Positions 8,896 through 18,299 of a DNA stretch of 61,006 nucleotides are shown piece after piece (positions within the stretch are counted from its first letter, which is position 1; the number at the start of each line of letters is the position of its first letter). A model generated the notes under the pieces. The model saw only the letters and a program-made list of their open reading frames with translations. It was not told the DNA's origin and did not search any database. The stretch is from a virus. Its lineage: Duplodnaviria > Caudoviricetes. Both the position numbers and the translations under genes were made by a program. The DNA lies in the IMG/VR virus record IMGVR_UViG_3300028809_000015, positions 1-61,006 of that record, one strand, 5' to 3'.

Positions 8896-9278
8896 TCCCC
8901 CTCCCTTTGAGTAGAGGCGGCAATAGCGGCGTCCCATGCAGCATTGAAGAACCCTTCGGTGCCAATTGCGCCGCCTATATAGCTCTTGTATGCCTTGGTG
9001 AGCGCTTCCTGCTTTGCTTGCGCAATCTCGTGCTCATTCAGCATAGTCGGCTGCTCTACAGGTGCTTGCTGTAGTGCTGCGTCGATAGCTGCAATAGCCT
9101 CCAATGCGGTGTCTGGAACGTCGTAGAGCAAACGGCGCTGAACCAAGTCCTTCAGGTGTTCGTCGGATGTCTCGGCCAGCGCTTCGGTGAGACCATCGAT
9201 CTGCACAGCTTTAAAACAGCCGCAAATATGCTCTAGCGTCTCTCGCGCCATGCGCAGCGCATCGTGTTGTGTAGTCAT
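8892..9278 (-). CDS. Hypothetical protein
   Basis: Operon context. Confidence 0.65.
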   Translation of the reverse strand: MTTQHDALRMARETLEHICGCFKAVQIDGLTEALAETSDEHLKDLVQRRLLYDVPDTALEAIAAIDAALQQAPVEQPTMLNEHEIAQAKQEALTKAYKSYIGGAIGTEGFFNAAWDAAIAASTQREGE

Positions 9279-9359
9279 ATTAGTAAGGCAGGAACCGCCA
9301 AAAATGGTTGAGAATCAAGATAGCGATGATCAAGACACTAATCACTTCCCAAGGTCGTC

Positions 9360-9668
9360 TCACGATTGCTCCTTCCCCGCCATTGCGCGGTCGATAGCTG
9401 CGCGTGGCGTATCAAACCAGTCGCTTTGTGCTTCGCCTGAATCAGGCCAATGGAGGCGGTAGCGCGTACCTGACTGCAAGGTTAGGTTTTCGATCTGGCA
9501 ACCCTCTTCAACCAGATAATCCAGACGTTCCGCATCCTTCCCGCCAGCGGCTTCTTTGATTGCCTGGCATTCATCTATGAAGGTCATAAATCGTTCTGCA
9601 TCTGACTCGCGTAGCGTGAAGCTGACAGGCGGCAATCCGTCTTCAAGATCAAAGTTCATTACTGGCAT
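9360..9668 (-). CDS. Hypothetical protein sharing its C-terminal module with 4027-5052
   Basis: GKDAERLDY..TPRAAIDRAM. Confidence 0.65.
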   Translation of the reverse strand: MPVMNFDLEDGLPPVSFTLRESDAERFMTFIDECQAIKEAAGGKDAERLDYLVEEGCQIENLTLQSGTRYRLHWPDSGEAQSDWFDTPRAAIDRAMAGKEQS

Positions 9669-11467
9669 TTCGCATCTCCTTTGTCGGCTTCCGGCGCGGG
9701 TTCGGGGCGCTTGAGTTCAAGGATGGCTTTCTCGGCTTCTTTCGCAAACTGTGCAGCGGGGGAGTTCTCGTGTAAGAATGACCCGTTTTTTATGCGCTTT
9801 GCCGCCGCCTCAATCGCCGCATTCCACTCGCTCGGCTGCTGCGCATTTACCACTTCAGCAAGCAACTCGCATGCTTCCTCTGCCTTGAGTGCGCGTCGCA
9901 TCCAGTCATGTATTGTTTGTTCCGGCTGCTGCGCTGCTGGTGCTGAGATGCGGGAACACAGCATTTCATGTACAGAGAATCCGGGTTTTATGCTTCTTGC
10001 CTGCTCAGATGCTTTTTCCCTTGCCTCCTCCTCTGTTTCTGCATCACTGATGATGTGCAGGGTGAACGTATAGCCATGAATCCCGATGCTTGACTGGTTC
10101 AACTGGCATGCGACGGCAAACGTCGGACGTTCGCTTACTGCTGGCGCTGCTGGTGCTGAGAGAGCGCCTGTCTCAAGTTTCTTGATGCGGTCATACACCC
10201 ACGCTATCCCGTCACACAGACTACCTGTCGTGCCAATCTCTACGCCGCGTTCCGCCCGCTCTTTTTGGAACTGCTCCATGAGGTCGCAGGCATACATATA
10301 TGCATCGGCCTCGATATTCTCCGGCTGTGCTGGCGCTGCTGGCTGGGAGAGTAGAGCGCGGGCAAGCTGATAAGCAAAGTCGCTGGCTAGTTCATCTTGA
10401 ATGTAGCGCGTGAACGTGCGATCCATGAAATGCTCCAGCATGTATCGGATCAGGTAGTTCCGCGCCGAAGTTGTGTCCGCGATTCGCTCATCACTCACTG
10501 CCACCACAGGCTGAGATGATGGGAACTCTGCGCCTTGATAAAATGCCATCAGCGTCAGTGCGCCATTCTCAACCCCTGGCAACCCACTACGGGCCGCTTT
10601 TTGCAGCCAGCCGTAGACCTCTGCTATGTCATCTACAGGCTGAGAGCGGGCAAGCAGGGCACGGGCGAAGCCGATCAGCCCTTCAGCCTTAAACTCGTAC
10701 TTCTGGCCCCCACCAACATCGAAGGCAATCGCCATCTTCTTGATTTCCGCATCCGTTAGCGGCGCTGTCTGTTCGGAATCTACATGTTGGGGCGTTCTTG
10801 CAAACACCTCTTTTTGGACGAGTTCGGCGAACACATACAGCTTTTCAAGTTGGCTTCCATCTGGATGTAACGTGGAGACGCCAGCGGTTTGCATCAGCAC
10901 ATCGACGACACGCTCTGGGAGCGGCGACGGCACTGCCTGTGTTACTTGCTGGAGGGCGGCTTTCTTTTGGCGCATTCCAAGCTCGTAACCGGAGCTATGC
11001 GCCTTCAGCACATCAACAACCGAATATTCCTTATCCGTCGCTGTCTGTGCTGGTTGGAGGGCGGCGATGTCGGATCGCAGAGATTCCCGAATCTCCTGCA
11101 TAACGTCATCGTCTATGCCGTCGAATATTCCTCGCCGGTCGGCCAGATTTTCCATTACCGCATCAACGATCCGCTCATCCACTTCGCCAGATACCGGCTG
11201 TTCGGCGGTATCGCTTTTGCATTCGCAGAGCGGCACCCACTCGTAGCCATTGATTAGCGGGGCTGTCGGCTTGGCGCGCATTGGCGTTACATCTGACAAG
11301 CTCCCGTTGGGGCTGCGAGCGGCCCATGCCTCCGGCGGCGCTTGCTTGGCTGCGAGTAGTTCAATAAACCGCTCGAAGAAAGCGGCATTTGCTTCTGGCA
11401 TTGGGTGTCCGGCTTCTTTCGCCAGCCGCAGCACTTCGTCTTTATCTGTGGTCATAAATACCCTCAC
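9659..11467 (-). CDS. Large mosaic accessory protein (Eaa-like modules joined by Ala/Pro/Gln linkers)
   Basis: 602-aa ORF with repeated QPV/APA linkers and ARALL motifs. Confidence 0.75.
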   Translation of the reverse strand: MRVFMTTDKDEVLRLAKEAGHPMPEANAAFFERFIELLAAKQAPPEAWAARSPNGSLSDVTPMRAKPTAPLINGYEWVPLCECKSDTAEQPVSGEVDERIVDAVMENLADRRGIFDGIDDDVMQEIRESLRSDIAALQPAQTATDKEYSVVDVLKAHSSGYELGMRQKKAALQQVTQAVPSPLPERVVDVLMQTAGVSTLHPDGSQLEKLYVFAELVQKEVFARTPQHVDSEQTAPLTDAEIKKMAIAFDVGGGQKYEFKAEGLIGFARALLARSQPVDDIAEVYGWLQKAARSGLPGVENGALTLMAFYQGAEFPSSQPVVAVSDERIADTTSARNYLIRYMLEHFMDRTFTRYIQDELASDFAYQLARALLSQPAAPAQPENIEADAYMYACDLMEQFQKERAERGVEIGTTGSLCDGIAWVYDRIKKLETGALSAPAAPAVSERPTFAVACQLNQSSIGIHGYTFTLHIISDAETEEEAREKASEQARSIKPGFSVHEMLCSRISAPAAQQPEQTIHDWMRRALKAEEACELLAEVVNAQQPSEWNAAIEAAAKRIKNGSFLHENSPAAQFAKEAEKAILELKRPEPAPEADKGDAKCQ

Positions 11468-11603
11468 TTTTTCGTTTCAGCAGCCCGCTGTATCGCCCTG
11501 CAAAATGATTCCCAGCGCCCAAGGTGCAGAACCATAATGTGGCCGGTGCGGTAGTGCCTGTACCAGCCAATGAACGATTTGAGCTTGTGCATTTAGTTGC
11601 CTG

Positions 11604-12083
11604 TCAGAAAGGAATATCGTCATCCATGTCGCTGAAGTTCGGCGCTGGCTTGCTCCCGCCTTTGGCATTTCGGTAGTCTTCGCCAGACGCTTGGCGCGGC
11701 GCCGGGGCGCTTCCATGATCGTCATCACTTGGATTGGCGTTGCCGCCTTGTTTCCCGCCTAACATTTGCATGGTGTCCGCGATGATCTCGGTCGTGTAGC
11801 GCTCGGTACCATCCTTATCCGTCCATTTACGCGTCTGCAAACGGCCCTCGACGTAGACCTGCGAACCTTTTTTCAGGTACTGGCCGGCAATCTCCGCTAA
11901 CTTGCGGTAAAAGGTGATGCGATGCCATTCCGTCAATTCCTTCTTCTCGCCAGTCGCTTTGTCTTTCCAGCTTTCAGTAGTTGCAACTGTGATATTGGTG
12001 ACGGCCTCGCCATTCGGCATGTAGCGCGTCTCCGGGTCCCGCCCGAGGTTGCCGACGATGATGACTTTGTTGACTGATGCCAT
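11604..12083 (-). CDS. ssb: Single-stranded DNA-binding protein
   Basis: [30 protein letters not shown] tail. Confidence 0.98.
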   Translation of the reverse strand: MASVNKVIIVGNLGRDPETRYMPNGEAVTNITVATTESWKDKATGEKKELTEWHRITFYRKLAEIAGQYLKKGSQVYVEGRLQTRKWTDKDGTERYTTEIIADTMQMLGGKQGGNANPSDDDHGSAPAPRQASGEDYRNAKGGSKPAPNFSDMDDDIPF

Positions 12084-12092
12084 GACTAATCC

Positions 12093-13145
12093 TTAGTAAT
12101 TAACTTGAATCGCAGGCACCTTGCCGGATGCGATTAGGGTGATGCACTGGATTCCGCATTCTTCGCTGATGCCGCCAGCGATAAGTGCGGCAAGCGCGGC
12201 TCGGTTAATCTTTTTCTTGTGAGCGGTGTTCGCTTCGCGCTTAGCCTGGGCCTCTGCTTCTGCTCTCGCCTGTGCAGCAACGCGGTCCTTCTCGTCTTGA
12301 ATGGCGCGCTGCTTGTCCGCTTCTGCTTTGGCGGCAGCTTCTTTCGCGTCGTCAATAGCCTTTCGTTCCGTCTGGATGCGGCTGATCTCCGCACGTTCTA
12401 TCTGGAGTTTCAGCTCAAGTTCCTTGCGCTCGGCGTCTTCGCGCTGCTGATTGGCCTTGGCTTCGGCGGCGGCAATCGCTTGCGCTGCTTTCTGTGCTTC
12501 GGCGGCTGCGCGTTGCTCGGCTTCAACACGGGCCTTTTCAGCAGCAGCGGCTGCAATGGCGGCATCACGGTCGGCTTGTGCGCGGGCTTCGGCTTCGGCG
12601 CGGAGGCGAGCCAGCTCGGCGGCTTCGGCCTCGCGCTTCTCGTAAGCAGCCAAATCAGTACGCAGTTGAGCAAGCGCGGCATCCTTTGCCTTGGAGGCTG
12701 GCACCGCAAATTCTTGCCATGAGTCGTCAATCGCAATGCCTTCAATCTTGGCGATTTCGTCCTTCACAGACTGCACGGTGTCATCGATAGATAAGTGCCC
12801 AGCGAAAGCAAGGAGTCGCAATTCCAGTGCGGCAATTCTGTCTTTCTCGCGCTGCTCAATCTCGTCGAGTTTTGCCTGGTGCACGACAATCATTGCCTCG
12901 ATGCGGGCATTGATGGCGCGACCAATGCGCAATGATTCCTCTTTTGCTTCCTTGCGAGTGCGCTCCAAGGCTCCTTTGGTTAGCCGCAGCGTATTCACGT
13001 GGCTGCGCGCTTCTTTGTTGCCCTTCTTGCTTTCGTAATCGAAGGCGAGGGCGGCATTGTCTTTTTCGAGTTGCGCAAGTTGCGCGTAAAAAGGCTGGTA
13101 TTCAGCAACGGCGCTTTTTGGTGCGTCTAAAAGTTCGGTTGTCAT
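12093..13145 (-). CDS. Ala/Glu-rich coiled-coil phage protein
   Basis: Composition and position in the recombination module; C-term HKKKINRAALAAL..IASGKVPAIQVNY. Confidence 0.75.
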   Translation of the reverse strand: MTTELLDAPKSAVAEYQPFYAQLAQLEKDNAALAFDYESKKGNKEARSHVNTLRLTKGALERTRKEAKEESLRIGRAINARIEAMIVVHQAKLDEIEQREKDRIAALELRLLAFAGHLSIDDTVQSVKDEIAKIEGIAIDDSWQEFAVPASKAKDAALAQLRTDLAAYEKREAEAAELARLRAEAEARAQADRDAAIAAAAAEKARVEAEQRAAAEAQKAAQAIAAAEAKANQQREDAERKELELKLQIERAEISRIQTERKAIDDAKEAAAKAEADKQRAIQDEKDRVAAQARAEAEAQAKREANTAHKKKINRAALAALIAGGISEECGIQCITLIASGKVPAIQVNY

Positions 13146-13798
13146 GCCGCCTCCCTCATTGAAAACAGTGCGCGGTAGGTTTCGACGCGACGGTCAAATG
13201 CAAGAAGCTGCTCGACCATTGCATCAATGAAGTTGTCATCTCGCTCAATCCGCTTGATGAACAGATCCTTATCGACTGGGGCAAGATCCGGAACGTACAT
13301 GATGAAGTCCAGCCACTTGCGTCCAGTCAGCCACATGCCGCCCTGAATCTGGTGGATATACTCGGAGACGTCGCCTGTCTTCCACATCTGGGCGATCTTG
13401 AAGCCATCGATAGGGCACTTGATCTCGATTAGTCCGTCATCGCCAACGAAGCCATCTGTGCTGTAGCCGAACTTGCGATCATCGGTCAGGACAATCCCTG
13501 ATTCGGCCGCCAGCATCTCGGTCTTTGCTTCGTACCCCATACGTGCTTTCGGCTCCAAGTCGTGGCCGCGGGCAAGAATGGCGGCCCTCGGCGGGATGCC
13601 GTAGGGTTTGCCGCTGACACGTTCGATTGCCTTGTCACAGGCGTAGCGATCGGATGCGTCGGTCGGGTCGCCGGCCTTCTTGCTGCCAGAGGTGCGGGTC
13701 AGCTTGGAGATTGCGACCTCGTATTCCGAAGCGGTAATCACGCCTGCGCGTGCTTCGAACCATTGGGGCGTGCCTTGTTGGCATTCGATCATGATCAT
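13142..13798 (-). CDS. YqaJ/lambda-exonuclease family nuclease
   Basis: QGTPQWFEARAGVITAS..RGHDLEP..YSTDG..LIEIKCP..YIHQIQGGMW. Confidence 0.93.
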   Translation of the reverse strand: MIMIECQQGTPQWFEARAGVITASEYEVAISKLTRTSGSKKAGDPTDASDRYACDKAIERVSGKPYGIPPRAAILARGHDLEPKARMGYEAKTEMLAAESGIVLTDDRKFGYSTDGFVGDDGLIEIKCPIDGFKIAQMWKTGDVSEYIHQIQGGMWLTGRKWLDFIMYVPDLAPVDKDLFIKRIERDDNFIDAMVEQLLAFDRRVETYRALFSMREAA

Positions 13799-14802
13799 TG
13801 CTTGCCTCCTGCCGCACGAGCATTCAGGCGAGCGAAAACGCCTTCCAGCTTGTTGATGTTGTCCTTGGTTGCCTTGGAGAGTGAACCCCATGCTGAGTTG
13901 AAGGCTTCGGTGCCTTCGTCAGCGGCGGCTTCGAGGTCTGCGATCAGGCCTTCCAGTTCCGGCGGAATGGCGACAGGACTCTCCGGTGCGGATGCAGATT
14001 TGAATTCCGCTCCCTTGGCGGTTACGGCAGCCTTGAAAGCATTGGACGCAGCCACATCCTTGGCGGCGTTAATTTCTTTTACGCCAGCCTTCCAGACCGC
14101 GGAGAGTTCTTCCGCATTGGTGGCCTTGTTTGCTTCACCGACCCACTTCAGCGCAAGATGGGTGAGGACGGGTTCGCCGCCCTTACTTTCATGGTCACGC
14201 AGTTCTTCCGGCAGGTCTTCGATGTCCTGCGTGAAAATGTCAGATGCGGCTGTCACATTGAGCGTCATCGCGATCATGGCGCGCTTGCAGGCCATCTTCA
14301 GTACTGTATTGGCAAGGTCTGCGGCTTCGGTGCGGACCTGCGTTTTCTTCTCTACGTTGCCTTTGTATTTCGCGAACTTGAGGCGGCGCATGTGTTCTGG
14401 CGTCAGGTCGAATTCCTCAGTGCATACAGCGCCGCGCCATTTGTACTTTTCCTCGCCTGACGAGCACTCGCCAACGCCTTCGCCAAGCACGATGCCAGTT
14501 GTTTGGTGCCTACCTACGCAGGTCACGCGATAACGGGCGATGTCTGCGGTGGAAAGATCTTCAATCTTGTATTCCTGCGCCACGCGGAAAGTCACGCATA
14601 ACACTTCTGCACCCGGCTTGTACAAGGTTGGTTTTGGCGTACCGGGGATGGTGCCGTAGTGGGTATCCCTCTTCATGATGCCCTGCATAACCTCTTGAAC
14701 CAGGTTCACGCGCTGGCGAATCTCGACAGCTGAGAATCGATGCGTCTCTCCTGCTACAATCCCGGCGCTTTCACGGCGCGGCATTTCAATAACGTCATTC
14801 AT
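13795..14802 (-). CDS. Putative single-strand annealing recombinase (Sak/Rad52-like)
   Basis: HYGTIPG..KPTLYKPGAEVL..NTVLKMACKRA..ASDIFTQDIEDL; adjacent to exonuclease and ssb. Confidence 0.65.
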   Translation of the reverse strand: MNDVIEMPRRESAGIVAGETHRFSAVEIRQRVNLVQEVMQGIMKRDTHYGTIPGTPKPTLYKPGAEVLCVTFRVAQEYKIEDLSTADIARYRVTCVGRHQTTGIVLGEGVGECSSGEEKYKWRGAVCTEEFDLTPEHMRRLKFAKYKGNVEKKTQVRTEAADLANTVLKMACKRAMIAMTLNVTAASDIFTQDIEDLPEELRDHESKGGEPVLTHLALKWVGEANKATNAEELSAVWKAGVKEINAAKDVAASNAFKAAVTAKGAEFKSASAPESPVAIPPELEGLIADLEAAADEGTEAFNSAWGSLSKATKDNINKLEGVFARLNARAAGGKQ

Positions 14803-14884
14803 TACTTTCTCCCTTTCAATCTCTTAACCACCCGCCGCCACACCCTCAACAGCCGCCCAACTCGGCAAGTAGGCAAGCGGGTCA

Positions 14885-15097
14885 TCACATCCGCGCTAGT
14901 TGGCTGATCCTTGATGCAAGCCTGACTTGCCGCTCGTGCTCGTGCCTCTCTTCGGCCCGCAATTGCTTCTGCTGCATTTGGAGTACTTCAACGTTGCGCG
15001 TTGACTGCTTTCTCTGTCGATCCAGCCACCAAATTAGTGGGCGTTTTACGGACATGAGCAATAGAGCGGGCAGGGTGATTTGGGTTGATTGGTTCAT
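14885..15097 (-). CDS. Hypothetical protein
   Basis: GGAG RBS; coiled-coil. Confidence 0.55.
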   Translation of the reverse strand: MNQSTQITLPALLLMSVKRPLIWWLDRQRKQSTRNVEVLQMQQKQLRAEERHEHERQVRLASRISQLARM

Positions 15098-15187
15098 TGT
15101 TTTCTCCGGTTTTATTTACGTGGCCGATGCCTCAAACTGCCGACATCAACCTCCCCATCGAGGCAAAAAGTAGGGCGGCTGGAATGA

Positions 15188-15529
15188 TCATTCTTGATCG
15201 CATTCACGCTCGGCTTGAACTGGAGCGCTCAGTGGCCCAAGTTGGAACCAATCTGGTTTTTGCCCGCCGACATCCCCCGTATAGCAATCTTTGCGCTCTT
15301 CGTTCCCATCCTTGAATTGGATTTCCAAGGTGGGCGTTGCCCAGAAGGAGCTATCGATCCCGCCGATCTGCAAACCGTCGGCGTCAAAATCCTTGGTAAA
15401 TTCGCCGTTTTTAAAAACGGTTTCCGAAGTCCAGAACCAGTCTTCGTGCATTCCCATCGATGCGCTCTCAATTCGATCGCGATGCATCTCGATGTATTCC
15501 TTTGCGCTTTTGAAGTCGTAAGTCGCCAT
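15188..15529 (-). CDS. Hypothetical protein
   Basis: GGGAG RBS; 113 aa. Confidence 0.7.
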   Translation of the reverse strand: MATYDFKSAKEYIEMHRDRIESASMGMHEDWFWTSETVFKNGEFTKDFDADGLQIGGIDSSFWATPTLEIQFKDGNEERKDCYTGDVGGQKPDWFQLGPLSAPVQAERECDQE

Positions 15530-15548
15530 GCTTCTCTCCCTATTTGGT

Positions 15549-16011
15549 TGCTGGTGGCCGGCACCACATCCTTAATCCCGGCAGGTCAGAAATCGCCAAC
15601 ACAGAAGCGGGCCGGGCACCAATCCGGCATGGCACTGTCAAGACGTGCCCCACTAGTCGGCCGCATGATTCCGGTAGCGGCCAAGCTGATTTCTTCCCCG
15701 GTTTATCGTCCCGGCATATTTCCGGCTTTGCGTGCTCTGCGTAACAACCTTCCACACCGCCGCTTCTGTGTTGCCCCTGCTCTTACCCGGCAAGGGCTTT
15801 AGGTGTCGGTGGCCGGTGCTGACTTCTTCCGGCTTGCCGTGCAGTCCGAACAACGGTACCGGCTCGTTACACTGCTCTTTCTCATAGCGCATCAGCATTG
15901 CGCTTTCACCAACAGGGAGGGCGACTGTATTGGCCCCGTGCGATGCCATCTTTCCGCATCCGGTTTGCGTTCCGACCATCGAAGCCGGTGCCGCAAGTCG
16001 CCCTTCCTGTT
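15549..16011 (-). ncRNA. Tandem array of structured (tRNA-shaped/multi-stem) RNA elements in the early-left transcript
   Basis: Closing stems 15911-15926/15996-16011 (15 of 16 bp), 15804-15811/15907-15914, 15598-15610/15760-15772 (13 bp perfect) and 15549-15556/15594-15601; recurring GCCGG-loop-CCGGC arm just before the 3' closing strand. Confidence 0.6.
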
Positions 16012-16074
16012 AGCCGCCACGTTTCGTGGGCGAGACGGCGCAGCTAGTTAATCTGCGCACCAAGGGAGACTCGG

Positions 16075-16422
16075 TTAGTTACCCGGCCCGAAGTCTTCGG
16101 GTGTCATAGCGTCAACAATTACTTCGGCGCGTTCCTCGGCGATGCGTTGTGCTGCTGCGTTGTATTCCTTGAGGACAAGACCGATTAGCCGCTCACCATC
16201 GCCAAGCAAAGCCGCCCTGATTTGATCGGCCATCGCTTCGTCAGCAAGACGGCAAAGAATTCCGTCTGCAACTTCAAGTGCATCTGAATCATTGGTAAGC
16301 ACAGTCAATTGCAAGCCTTCGGCTATGCTCTTTGCTCGCGTATCAATCAGAGCCTGACGGTCGTCCGCGCTGTGGAATGCCTTACGAAATAGGCGCTCTG
16401 CTACTAGTTGGGCGTTGATCAT
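16075..16422 (-). CDS. Hypothetical protein
   Basis: ATGA overlap; GGGAG RBS. Confidence 0.6.
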   Translation of the reverse strand: MINAQLVAERLFRKAFHSADDRQALIDTRAKSIAEGLQLTVLTNDSDALEVADGILCRLADEAMADQIRAALLGDGERLIGLVLKEYNAAAQRIAEERAEVIVDAMTPEDFGPGN

Positions 16423-16586
16423 TTGGATGCTCCCTGAATCGCTTCCCGCGCCATCGCAGCCATATCCAGCGCTGTTAATGTCGCGTCGTACGCTATGCGC
16501 TCTAGAGTCGCCATCGCTGTGTCTCGTGCGATGACGCTGCACTCTTCGCCGACTGGCAACGGCGTTGATGTATGTTTCGCACTCAT
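16419..16586 (-). CDS. Small hypothetical protein
   Basis: ATGA overlaps on both sides. Confidence 0.55.
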   Translation of the reverse strand: MSAKHTSTPLPVGEECSVIARDTAMATLERIAYDATLTALDMAAMAREAIQGASK

Positions 16587-16915
16587 GCTGCACCTGCTTT
16601 GGTGAGAGCAGCGCATTCAGTTATTAATAATCCCTTGATGACTTTCTCTTTAGCGGATTGGGCCTGCCGTTCGGCGAATACTTGCTTATTGATGTCATTG
16701 ATTTCGTCGAATACTTTTTGCGCCAAGTGCTTGCGGATGAATGAGCCTTCTTCGGTTTCGCCCGTGGCAATTTCGATGAGTTTTTGATCGCGACGGAGAA
16801 CGGCTAATCCGGCTTCCTCAAACGAAACACCGTTAAGCATGGCCGGCATCATTCGCAACAGAAATTGCGCCGCCGCCTCGATGTCTTTCTGCGTTGCTGT
16901 ATGTCTCGCTTCCAT
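16583..16915 (-). CDS. First gene of the PL operon, hypothetical
   Basis: AAGGGG RBS, directly downstream of PL. Confidence 0.65.
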   Translation of the reverse strand: MEARHTATQKDIEAAAQFLLRMMPAMLNGVSFEEAGLAVLRRDQKLIEIATGETEEGSFIRKHLAQKVFDEINDINKQVFAERQAQSAKEKVIKGLLITECAALTKAGAA

Positions 16916-16970
16916 CCCAATCCCCTTATGTCTTCGCTGACCAGCGGCGTTGTGTTGCGGTATGGACTTA

Positions 16971-17013
16971 ACTATACGCGAATGAATAGATATGTCAATA
17001 CGTGAATGGATAG
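16971..17013 (-). promoter_or_regulatory. PL promoter with OL operators
   Basis: TTGACA (16998-16993), 16 nt, TATAGT (16976-16971); operators CTATTCATTCGCGTATA (16973-16989) and CTATCCATTCACGTATT (16997-17013) match the OR sites. Confidence 0.82.
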
Positions 17014-17123
17014 AAATATGCGAAAATATCCCCAGCCCGATCTGGGCGAAGAAATCCCGGACTAACCGGGATCTTTAAGGCAGTTAAGGCAGGGAGTCTC
17101 GAAGGGGTATTCTTGGAGATGTG

Positions 17124-17300
17124 ATGCTGAACAGTATTGGCGAAATGCCGCTGGTTAAGATTTATAGTTTAGACGGCCATATGTGGACGGTCTGGCCGGA
17201 TGGGAGGATTGATGGGTTCCCTCCCGGCGTTTTTGTAATCAACCATGCGCAGGAGATCGATTGCCGGCTCAGGAATGAGGTGTGCATTGATGTCAGCTAA
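17124..17300 (+). CDS. Small hypothetical protein (58 aa, below the ORF-track cutoff)
   Basis: GGAG RBS; MLNSIGEMPLVKIYSLDGHMWTVWPDGRIDGFPPGVFVINH.. Confidence 0.5.
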   Translation: MLNSIGEMPLVKIYSLDGHMWTVWPDGRIDGFPPGVFVINHAQEIDCRLRNEVCIDVS

Positions 17301-17360
17301 ATAACAATAGCCCGCAAGCCGGTTGGCTATGCGGGCCATTTAATGGGTGTAAATGGGCGT

Positions 17361-17422
17361 AAAAAACCGGCTCATGGCCGGTTGGTAGGGGGGCGGAAAA
17401 GAAAAACCCGCCGGAGCGGGTT
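17361..17422. terminator. Intrinsic terminator hairpins between convergent genes
   Basis: AAAAAACCGGC-TCATG-GCCGGTT and AAAAACCCGC-CGGA-GCGGGTT. Confidence 0.7.
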
Positions 17423-17449
17423 GGGAATCTTTGAGCGGATGTATCTGGC

Positions 17450-18172
17450 TTATAGGGCCGTCGAAGCCAATTTCTTTTTAATGCTCCACCAATCACATGT
17501 GTCGGTGTGACGAGGAATGCAATAAACTGGCTCGTCGCAGCCGTACTTTTTTGCGCACCGCTTTTCTTTCAATGCGCCGCCAACCAGCTTGTCAATAATC
17601 GATTTGTGAAGTAGTGGGACAGACATGGTGGCATCCACTCGGGCCAAGACAGGATCGGCTTCTGAGATTTGGCGGAATATATCGCCAGCCTTTGTCAGGT
17701 CATCCTGGCGCTCGAAGTTATTCAATGCTCCGTCACGACCACGAACGCGGCTCACCGCCAAGTCAGATGGCAAGTCCATCCAGAACGCAACATCGGGGAC
17801 GACAACCTCATGCCGAATACGGGCCTCTATTTCCTTATAGTCACCAACTAGAATGCCCTGATAGGCAATCGTTGAGTAAAAGTAACGATCCAGAATAACA
17901 ATACTTCCAGACTCTAGCGCCGGGATGATTTTGTTGTTTAGATGGTCTTGTCTGTCATGGATGAATGCCTCCAGCTCTTCTGCAAATGGCATGCGCCCAT
18001 TTAAAGCAGATTCTCTGAGCTTCTTTCCCCACTGTCCGTCCGTTGGCTCTTTGGAAACGATGACATTTTCGCCGATGGCGGTAAGGGCGTCTTCAAGCAA
18101 ACGGACCTGAGTGGTCTTGCCAGCACCGTCGATTCCGTCAAAGACAATTAAAATGCCGGGATATGTATTCAT
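17450..18172 (-). CDS. tmk: Thymidylate (dTMP) kinase with a Cys-rich C-terminal extension
   Basis: FDGIDGAGKTTQ P-loop, SKEPT, LDRYFYSTIAYQG, PDVAFWMDL; tail CAKKYGCDEPVYCIPRHTDTCDWW. Confidence 0.9.
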   Translation of the reverse strand: MNTYPGILIVFDGIDGAGKTTQVRLLEDALTAIGENVIVSKEPTDGQWGKKLRESALNGRMPFAEELEAFIHDRQDHLNNKIIPALESGSIVILDRYFYSTIAYQGILVGDYKEIEARIRHEVVVPDVAFWMDLPSDLAVSRVRGRDGALNNFERQDDLTKAGDIFRQISEADPVLARVDATMSVPLLHKSIIDKLVGGALKEKRCAKKYGCDEPVYCIPRHTDTCDWWSIKKKLASTAL

Positions 18173-18207
18173 GCCCGCGAGTATAACAAAACTGGTTTGC
18201 AGTAACG

Positions 18208-18231
18208 AAAAAAAGCCACCCGAAGGTGGCT
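18208..18231 (-). terminator. Intrinsic terminator
   Basis: AGCCACC-TTCG-GGTGGCT followed by a T run on the minus strand. Confidence 0.85.
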
Positions 18232-18299
18232 ATCGCTGGCTCTAAAGAAGGTCGCACCAATTAGGGACACCTCATTGAGCTGAGCGTTTTTTGGGGGCA

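Noticed and set aside
15549-15914. Canonical tRNA genes
   Set aside because: No TTCRA T-loop, no 7-nt anticodon loop at the proper spacing, and domain sizes do not fit; kept only as tRNA-shaped structures
15926-15996. Possible c-di-GMP-I riboswitch (GGCA-stem-AACGCAAA on the minus strand; also ACGCAAAGCC near 15730), tempting given the GGDEF domain
   Set aside because: No GNRA tetraloop on the putative P2 and no tetraloop receptor in P3; the similarity is limited to a short CGCAAA word
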